DNA of 64,000 nucleotides from Pocillopora damicornis (Eukaryota): NCBI RefSeq assembly GCF_003704095.1, contig NW_020844153.1, positions 1 to 64,000 of the forward strand, read 5' to 3'. Shown piece by piece: positions 52,052 to 64,000 of this stretch (position 1 is its first letter; each line of letters starts with the position of its first letter). The notes under the pieces were generated by a model. It saw only the letters and a program-made list of their open reading frames with translations, ran no database searches and was not told where the DNA came from. The position numbers and the translations under genes were made by a program.

Positions 52052-52999
52052 ATGGCGAGTGCTACTATTGAGATTCTCTCCATTGTCAATGGGTTGTCGT
52101 CAATTGCAGGAACCGTTGGAAATCTGCTGGTTTGCTTGGTAATATGCCGTAACGAAGAATTGCAAACAGGTGTGAATTACTTTATTCTGAGTCTCAGTGC
52201 GGCAGACTTAACAGTGTGCTTCATCGCACAACCGACCTATGTTTACTATTTGAACCAACCTTGGAGCGCACGAAACTTCGCCACTTTTAAGCTCATTGCG
52301 TACATAACTCTGCATTCGTCGTTCCTCAATCTTTTGTCTTTGACGTTGAATCGACTTTTTGCTCTGTGGTTTCCATTTGGATATGTGATTATTATGCGTG
52401 GTAGAAACATCGCTGTGATTGTCACAATTGTGTGGTTGGTGTCAGTGATCATGGCAATTGCGTTTAGTTTATCCCCAGTTTTAAAGAGACCTGCGCCATA
52501 CTTCCATGTGGCGATGCTCCTTACATTTGCGTTCACCTACATGAAGATTTTCTGCATCGCCAGAAAACAACGACATCGAATAGTTGCACAGGTTAGGTCT
52601 GTCTCTCATAATTACAGAGTGGCTAAGATCTCTCAAGATCAACTCACGACGCGAACATTGGCAATTCTGATCGGCGTTTCATTGATTCTCTTTCTTCCCG
52701 ATACGTGGTTTCAACTGGCGAGGAGCAGCGACTACACGAGATTTCGCTGGTCTTTCACAACGATGTTTTTGAGCTCATTTTTAAATCCTTGTATCTACGT
52801 GTGGAGAAGTGAAAAATTTCGTCTCGCCTTATACAAAACGATTGGCGTTTCTCGCCGAGGTCGCCGATCAATTGCAAAGGTTAATTTTAACGCAATTGAG
52901 CAGGTGAATATTAACAATAACTTGGGTGAAATTTTTGGGAAGGAAAACAAAGACAGTAGAATGCCCTCCATAAAGGTTGAGGCATTAAAGCCAAACTGA
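52052..52999 (+). CDS. Class A GPCR, intronless paralogue of 46776-47687, 315 aa from ATG
   Basis: Shares RNEELQTGVNYFIL, NRL, APYFH.AMLLTF, VSHNYRVAK and WSFTTMFLSSFLNPC.YVWRS. Confidence 0.9.
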   Translation: MASATIEILSIVNGLSSIAGTVGNLLVCLVICRNEELQTGVNYFILSLSAADLTVCFIAQPTYVYYLNQPWSARNFATFKLIAYITLHSSFLNLLSLTLNRLFALWFPFGYVIIMRGRNIAVIVTIVWLVSVIMAIAFSLSPVLKRPAPYFHVAMLLTFAFTYMKIFCIARKQRHRIVAQVRSVSHNYRVAKISQDQLTTRTLAILIGVSLILFLPDTWFQLARSSDYTRFRWSFTTMFLSSFLNPCIYVWRSEKFRLALYKTIGVSRRGRRSIAKVNFNAIEQVNINNNLGEIFGKENKDSRMPSIKVEALKPN

Positions 53000-54230
53000 A
53001 GACTTGAATGACAAAGTACATAGCCCACATTTTTCCTTATTTTTATTATTTTTTTAACTTTCATAGTTTAAACTACAACATTTTACAACATTTCAAAAAA
53101 TGTTTTTGTTACCATAATCATTTTTCTGTCGAGGGTATCGAGTAAATTATTCAAACCCTTTCGAATTGCAACTAAAAGCACTTAGTGGGATGAATATTTG
53201 CACAAATATTGGCACTTAAGAGACTATTCCAGAGGTCTTCATTCACTCGGTCAATTAACGATGTAGAAAACAAAGAGAACCGGTAGACGTAACAACCAGG
53301 AATTGCAATATGTATAAATTTAAAGCGCTCTTCTCTCTTGACGTAAACGGAAGACCATGTGGTAAATAATTTTTTTTCTGTTTTCAATTCTTGCCCACGC
53401 CTTGATTAGTAAAATGAAAAAAAATGTAACCGGCTTTTGGTAGACTATATCATTCCTTGAGCTCACAAATTCATGTTTCTCATACTGTTTGACACTATTT
53501 ACTTCGATTGACGTCTCAACTGCTCATATTCATTTCTTAAGGCATTCTGTTCGTCTTTCTGTCAAAATATTTAATTAAAAATTAGATTTCCCAGAGTCGA
53601 TGCTCACGTTTCAATCAACGACCCAAGCGTTTACTTTGCCTTTCGACTGCCAAATGCAGAAAATGGTTTTGTAATTCATTTTTGTAACCAACGTTCTGTT
53701 ATGAAAGAGCATGCTCTCCTGGCAATTGCCTAGTAATTGGAAAAAGAATCATTTGCAGATTTAGACAAGTCATTTACGTGGCAAAGCCACTTATGAACTC
53801 TTCTTTTTCATAAATGAGTCAGCGTTGTTTTAGAATTATATTGTCTTTTATCAGTTGATGCAAACATTATAACAAATGAAAGCAGGCGGTAATAAATTTT
53901 ACTATTGCTGTTCGCCGTTTTACCGTAAAGTTTCACCTTTGAAAAGCAAAACTTGATCAATAAACAAAAACCTTAATTGGTGCTAATCATATAGAAGCAG
54001 TCGAGTGCTGTGTTCAGTGCACTAACGTTCATTATAGAAAGCCTCTGATCATACTATTACCTGTTACAAAAAAAGACTACAGCGCATTTCAAGACACCCT
54101 TTTTTTTGCCGCAGCATCTTTTTATTGAAAAAGATTGCGCTGAGGTATCCTAATGACAGAAATGAGAATCAGCGTGGAATTGTGGTCACCGATGAATTGT
54201 GAGCAGTATCCGCTTTACCCTACAAAATTT

Positions 54231-54381
54231 TTGCTTTGACGAGGGGTTAACGCTCGAAACTTCAACATTATACACTCTTTATGGTGGCCAATTTACATTA
54301 TCACCTTATTTCATAAAACCAAAGTTATTTGCAAAGCCCCCACTAACGAGGCGCCATAGTTTCTTGAGAAAAATTTCCCCT
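54231..54381 (+). repeat. Dispersed repeat copy 2 (same family as 49639-49790)
   Basis: tgacgaggggttaacgctcgaaac...tttatggtggccaatttacattatca. Confidence 0.65.
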
Positions 54382-55774
54382 CTATCCATTTGCCCTATAA
54401 CGATTGTATTAAAATAGAGTGGTCAAATGTTGTGGCGATTATGAAAGTTAAGGATTTCGATGTGAGCCATTGTGGGTATTCTTCGGGAAATTAAGACAAG
54501 CTTGTAAGCTATCTGGCTTTCGAAGACGGTTTAGCTCAGGTTACTACATTTAATGCCGTTGTGTAATGAACTTTTAATCACCTTGCTTCTATGTGCAGTT
54601 TTGTTATTGTTTTATTTTTTAATTATAAGTTTGGATCACGTCTTGAGAATTGAAAAACCTTTAATGACTAGCAGCATCTTGACCATGCGCGGGTTGTAGC
54701 CATAAATGTAGGCTCGATAGCTATAGTCTTATTAAAGAAGAAGGAAATCGACATGTCTGGGACAATTTTGTTGAAGTCGAATCAGAATCGAAATCAGAAT
54801 CAGAAAGTGCCAGCAGGTACATATTTGAATCCCCTCGGGTCTTTCTAGTCTTTCAATCCGTTGCAAGGCAAAGGTAAAATATGAGAGCCTGCCTTACTTA
54901 AAGAATTTCAACTAAGTCAAGGACCTGCGTAGGCGAGAGCTTTCCTTCGTCACTTTACCACTCATATACCATTGCCTCCTTGATCAACTTTGCTGCAGCC
55001 TCTTTACAGCGCACACAAACTCTTGTAGATCCCGTGATTAACATTATTGGTACAAAGGATAATAAACAAGAGTTGAACCTTAGCATCTTGGTTAAGGCAT
55101 TAAATTTACTGCATTTGAGCTACAACTATTGCAATCAATAGGGTTACCTTTTCAGGTTATATAAATACGAAATGAAAAAAAAAAAAATAAAAAAGGTTGA
55201 AAACTACCATCATTGAGTTTATTTTTTCTCCCATGTGGGTGGCGTACGTGAATGTCAAAAACAATTATCGACATCAAGCTTTTCATTATTATTACTATTA
55301 TTTTTAATTCTATGCCTTCTTTGAATTTCAAAACTATTGAATTTATCAAATTTCGCAGCTGGTCAACTCGATCTTCAATTTTGAATGCTTTGTTGCGCAA
55401 ATAGTGCCGATAATACCAGCAAATGAAAATCCTTTTTTTGGCCATAGTGAAAAGTTCTCAGTTGCTTTGTTTTACCAGTTGAAGATTTTGAGTGAAAGAT
55501 TTCGAAGAATGTTTATTCATATTATCAAATAATTTGTCATTCACTTTGTAATACCTCAACTCATAGATCAACATACTTATTCAAATCTTGCTTTGCTTTC
55601 TTTGTTGCAAGGCACGTAAGAAGTCTTTGAATGCACTTGCAATTAAACAAAGCCTAGGTCTTTTTATTCCTGTATATTCAGGCTCAACAAACCGTTCGAC
55701 ATATGCCTCACGAGGGTTCTTTAAAAAGCCACATATCACAGAGAAGATTCGTTTGAGAACATTGCTGTTTGAAG

Positions 55775-58700
55775 ATGATTTCGCTAATTATATTTGCCCT
55801 TTTGGGCATCTTTGAGCCATCGTTTACGGAGGGTAAGTTCAGGGTTTTGAAAATTGGTATGAAGAGTTAAAGTCAGTTTGAATTCATACCATTTTTTATT
55901 GTTTCAGGTAAGAGTTGACAAGTGGTGTAACATCTGGAAAAAAAGTCCTAATAAACTCCATAAGGCCTAATTGATGAAGCTCTCATATCATTCATGGTGG
56001 TCAAAACATTAAATCCATTCTGTTCATTAAGAACAAAAAAAACACTCTGAAATTTGTCCAAAAAGAAAACTACAAAACTGAAATTTGCAATATCGCGATT
56101 TGCCAGAAAATCTCCGGTAAATAAATCGTTAAAAAGAAAAAGGAAAAGTAACATTTTATGTGAGTTTTCCTTATCACTTTGGTCATTTGAGGGATGGGCA
56201 TGATATTATACTACTTGAGATTTTTTAACTCCTTATTCAAATCTTATCTCAGGATGTGGAATGCGTCCTGCTTTCGCCCGTGTGGTGAATGGCCAAGACG
56301 CCAGTCCCCACTCCTGGCCATGGCAGGTTTCCCTGCGTGTGGGAGGCAGACATATCTGTGGTGGATCCCTTATCAGAACTGACTGGATCGTTACTGCAGC
56401 ACATTGTGTCTTTAGAAATCCCAATCCAAGTGGATACACGGTTATCGTGGGTAATAAGTTATTTTATTTAATCCTGTCATAAGTTAAACACCTTTAATTC
56501 TTTTTTAAGGCCAGGGCTCAGGGAAATCAAAGATAGATTAGAGGCGAGTAAACCCAAATCGTGTCAGGGGTACAAGATAGAAGTGTGGGAGAAAAATTGG
56601 AGAAAATTTGCAGTGGCACTAGTTTTTGATATGATAAACACGGATGGCTACTCGATTCTACATAAAATTCTACGCACCAAAATAATACAACTTCTAGAAA
56701 TATGCGTACCAAAATCATATTCATTTTTTATCGGGACAAGCAGAGCTACATGAGGTGGGAAAATGACAGATGCGAGTTATTAGGTCTAAGGAGAACCACG
56801 ACTGATATTGCGAGCGCACCTGATTAGGGTGCAGTTTATGAGTAATTAAACGGTGTCCATAGAATCCCGTCTAAACAAAAATTTAGTCCGAAGTCCTTCG
56901 TTATCATCTTCACGACAGGGGCCCACAGGCGACAAGGAAGTACAATTGTGCAGGAGACCTTTGGAGTTAGGACTCTTCACAAACACAGTGGCTTTACCAT
57001 GAGTAACTTGAAACATGACGTCGCAGTTCTTCAGCTGGATGGAAATGTAAAGCTGAGCGACAAAGTGAATACAGTTTGTCTCCCAGACCGAGATGCAGAT
57101 CTAAATTCCCAGTGTTATATAACAGGTTTGTAATGTTCTAACCTAAGCTGGAAGCTGTAGCAAAACTCCTCGAAATATTCAGCTTTCCTATTTTGGGGTT
57201 GGGCGTTGGGGATCAAGATCCGATCTATTCTGCCCAGAAGGAGAAGCATTTTGTGCATGACTAGTAATACCGACGATCATTACTTGATACTTGGTAGGCA
57301 ACAAAGAGGTTATAAAAAAGTTCAGCATTTCAGATGTAAATTAAAAAGTTTCCTTCACAAATTTAGGTTGTGACTGTCATACTAAGCTGTTTAGTTGCAT
57401 ATAGCTTGCTTTCAAGGAGAGCTGGGCTGTATAAGACTGCCAATAGATGCTCAGGGGACATATATAAATGATATACTTTGCTGCTAGGATGGGGACGCAT
57501 AAGTGGTAACGGGCCAGCAGCAGACATACTGCAACAAGCTAAGCTCCCGCTTGCATCGCATGAGGCTTGCGTGAGAAAGTACGGTAACTCGATTGATAGG
57601 GGAGCTCATCTGTGTGCTGGAGAAGGTCGAAGTGGTGCCTCAGGGGGATGTAATGGGGACAGCGGTGGTCCGCTTGTTTGTGAGATGGGAGGAAAGTGGT
57701 ATCTGCACGGCGCTGTCAGTTTTGGGAGGCGAAGTTGCCCAACAACCCACTTTACAGTGTTTGCAAGAATAACCACCTACAAGTCGTGGATATTGCAGAT
57801 GATAGGTGAGTCTAGGTGTTCAATTGTAACTTATAAAGTAATTGCTGTTTGACAAAAAACAAAATAAGCATCTAGCTTTTGAGCAAAATCTTCTTGCGTT
57901 TACGTAAATAGTTTACGAACGTGAAAACCAGCTAATACCCGCCGAATTTCATTGTCGTAATTGATTGCTTCTGATGAAAGTTACAGGCGGCCAATTTATG
58001 TTATAATTTAAATTGATAAAGTGAAATTATCCTTTACTGTTCTAATTAGCTTGCACTTCTATCGTTTTTGTCATCAGATATAAAGAAGATCATGACGCGC
58101 ACGAAGAATTGTTTTTTGAACATGTGATATACCATCATTTTTTTAAAATCAAAGTTGAAAACGACTCTGACTTAAATATGATATAATTTTACCTTGGTTT
58201 CCAGGAGAGGAAAGCGGAGGACCTAACACACCAATGCCTCCTCTGCCATCTCGCCCACCCAGTAAGTATTAATAAAGATTTTTGTATCAGGAAAATCTGT
58301 CTGCAGTAGTAAAACGCTACATGTTACGAATTTTTTTTCGAAAATAGCAAACTAGACACGTAGAATACACCTAGTTTTAATTATAATTACAAACTATACC
58401 AAGAGGCTTTCCATTAAGATCAATATTTTTTAGTTTTTAACAATTCATTCATTCCTTTGGGAGTAGAGAAGGGGAAGGGAGGGGGAAAGGANNNNNNNNN
58501 NNNNNNNNNNNNNNNNNNNNNNNNNNNNNNNNNNNNNNNNNNNNNNNNNNNNNNNNNNNNNNNNNNNNNNNNNNNNNNNNNNNNNNNNNNNNNNNNNNNN
58601 NNNNNNNNNNNNNTAGAAATCGGCGAATCGTTGTAGTTGATGAAACACTAATATCAGTGTGAAATTTTCCTTATAAGGAGATTTATCTTGAGTCACGTAT

Positions 58701-59606
58701 GAACTTGAGCAGCTAAACAACAGTCAGTAAAACTGCATTTCAACACTTTGCAAACTGAGTCATTTCGGAAGGAAAAAGGTTATACCAGAAACAAGAATAC
58801 AAACAGCGTTCTGATTTTTCTAATCCGACCTTGTAAGGATCATAAGGGGAGGAACATTGACTAGCTTGGTTAACACTGTGCTTTCTTATTACAAAAAGAT
58901 ATGGACAGACGTAGTATAAATTCTAAGGCTTTTCGTTATAAATCTTGTTACAGCTTCCTCGCTGTTGCACGGTTTTATAGTCAACATTTTGAATTGCTTC
59001 GTTATTTATTTCTTTGCACTCTTCATACAGCAGGCTGCCGTGACAAAATCAATTCTCAATGGTGCTCCTTATACCGTAGACTTCGGTGGTGCCGAAAAGC
59101 CATAATAAAGAACCGTTGCCGCAAGACTTGTGGATCTTGTAAGTTGATTAAAGAAAAGATTATTCCTGCCTATTTTGATCAAAGAGTGATTGGAAGTTGG
59201 ATCGAGATGAAAGAGACAAAAAAAAATAAAGAGAGAGAGGGAGAGATAGAGAGAGAGCGTTGCATTACTGTGAACTGACGAAACTCGCACTTGTCTTACA
59301 TACCAATCCCTTTCGCGCTATTGACTCCTTTACCGTATCAGCCAAACAGGACCCTTGTCTCTGAGTAGCATTTTGCTCTCATATTCACTGCGTATTGGTC
59401 CATTCTGCTCACGTGGACGCGATCTTGTTTTTTAATTGGCCTTTAGCCTTATGAGTACCCTCTCCTACCACCCCCACGTGTCTTCGGTGGCAATTTCGAT
59501 AATGGGGCTATTCTGATTTAATCTCGCTATGAATGACTTTGGGAATCCCATCAACTTAATTCAAATCACCCACAGGACGTGATATCTTTCCTTTTCAACA
59601 GGTTGA
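55775..59606 (+). CDS. Chymotrypsin/elastase-like S1A serine protease 1 with Pro-rich linker and C-terminal ShKT domain (~316 aa)
   Basis: Exons 55775-55832 (signal [19 protein letters not shown]), 56253-56450, 56919-57125, 57488-57805, 58205-58261, 59031(or 59034)-59138, 59602-59606. Motifs R|VVNG, TAAHC, HDVA, GDSGGP; Sh[12 protein letters not shown]...CRKTCGSC. Confidence 0.88.
58492..58613. other. Assembly gap (122 N)
   Basis: Run of n. Confidence 1.
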
Positions 59607-60714
59607 AAGAGATCAGCTGTTTACATTGATTAAAGAAAGGAACACATGAACATTCATGATCAGTCAAGGATTCAAACATTTAACTAGCAGATTAAAACCT
59701 TTGTCAGTGTAAAAATAAAGGAGCAGCAAAGAAAAAACGATTGTGAAGTTTGCGCGGTTGTTATATACTTAGTCTACAGCTGTGTTCTTTTACATTAAAA
59801 TGGGGCTCTTGTTTTCTGAGCTGACATCATTACAAAAGTCTTATAAAACAAAGATTCCAATTTCAGCTGTATTACACAGCAACTTCACTTCCTTCACCAA
59901 TGTTCATATTAACTACATGGTCGTTTCACTACAGTAGAGTCAAGGAAGATGGAATAAGCACGCAAAGTACTTTATCGTCAGATGGATAAAGTGAATATTT
60001 TAGGAGCGCGCCGTTCAACCGCAGTGCTAGTTTCAAGGAAGTTCTTTAATTTCAAAACACAGTGCAACAAACGGACGCAATATATCTTCTTGGAATTCTT
60101 GTTCTTATCGTCTCCAATCTACCCTTAAGATTTTAGCTTTCTTAAAAACTTGTCACTTTTTAGCTTCGATTACTGTTTTTTTATATCAAAGGAAGTGTAC
60201 GGCTGATTCCAAATTTTGACTTTAATATCCATCTCAGGCTTCTCTATTCTTAACCGTTTTCTTTCCAATATTGTTTTATTTTTCCCTCCTTGGAAAAATG
60301 TACCATGATTCCCTTTTCTTCATCCTATCCGAAGTGTCTCTGACATTCGATATGACTTAAAACGGCATGATTCTGTCAGGGAGACCAAGCTGGCAGACTC
60401 TTTCGTTTACCCAAGTATTTTCCATGTAGCTTCGCATATTGCTTAACAACTTTCTCCGTCAACACACCTGACAAAGAATATCGTTTTTGTCAATCTGAGA
60501 GGGAAAGTTTAGCCTTTAATAAAACATAAACAACTGAGAGTGGTAATCTGTTACAAGGCAGCTTTAGCAACGTACACAAGGGTGGAAGATATTTTGTGGA
60601 ATCAGATTTGACACATTTAAGCAGCTGCTACATCTGTAGGCTGCGGGCAAATAAAACGAAGGTATAACTGGGTTCTTTAACGAGATGCAGATTTAGGATA
60701 AATTCGTTTTCAAT

Positions 60715-63972
<3,258 letters not shown>

Positions 63973-64000
63973 GACTAACGGAAGAAACTTCTGAGGAAAT

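Noticed and set aside
58901-59278. 125-aa ORF as a stand-alone ShK toxin gene
   Set aside because: No signal peptide; the ShKT part is flanked by splice sites matching the equivalent exon of protease 2.

Overview
This is eukaryotic genomic DNA with GT-AG spliceosomal introns, LINE relics and three assembly gaps. Gene content and repeats suggest a cnidarian, probably a scleractinian coral (inference). The first ~41 kb is an innate-immune/antiviral gene cluster. It holds two intact six-exon PARP12/ZAP(ZC3HAV1)-like genes, each with three tandem HTH+4xCCCH RNA-binding modules, a fifth-type CCCH, WWE domains and an H-Y-I mono-ART domain; one ends in a CaaX box (CLVM). It also holds a decayed CCCH-only copy with a possible C-terminal TM anchor, and a pair of paralogues with multi-transmembrane tandem repeats. 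One of that pair is a disrupted gene in which the repeats precede WWE-PARP exons; the other is an open >=491-aa ORF that the ORF track misses. TMEM163-like, STEEP1/CXorf56 (STING ER-exit factor, also absent from the ORF track, head-to-head with a PARP12-like gene) and MPEG1/perforin-2 complete the cluster. ISRE-, GAS- and ETS-like motifs recur upstream of the PARP-family genes. The rest of the window holds an F-box gene head-to-head with casein kinase I, two intronless class A GPCR paralogues and two tandem chymotrypsin/elastase-like proteases with C-terminal ShKT domains. Exon models were built by hand from splice sites and reading frame; no database searches were run.
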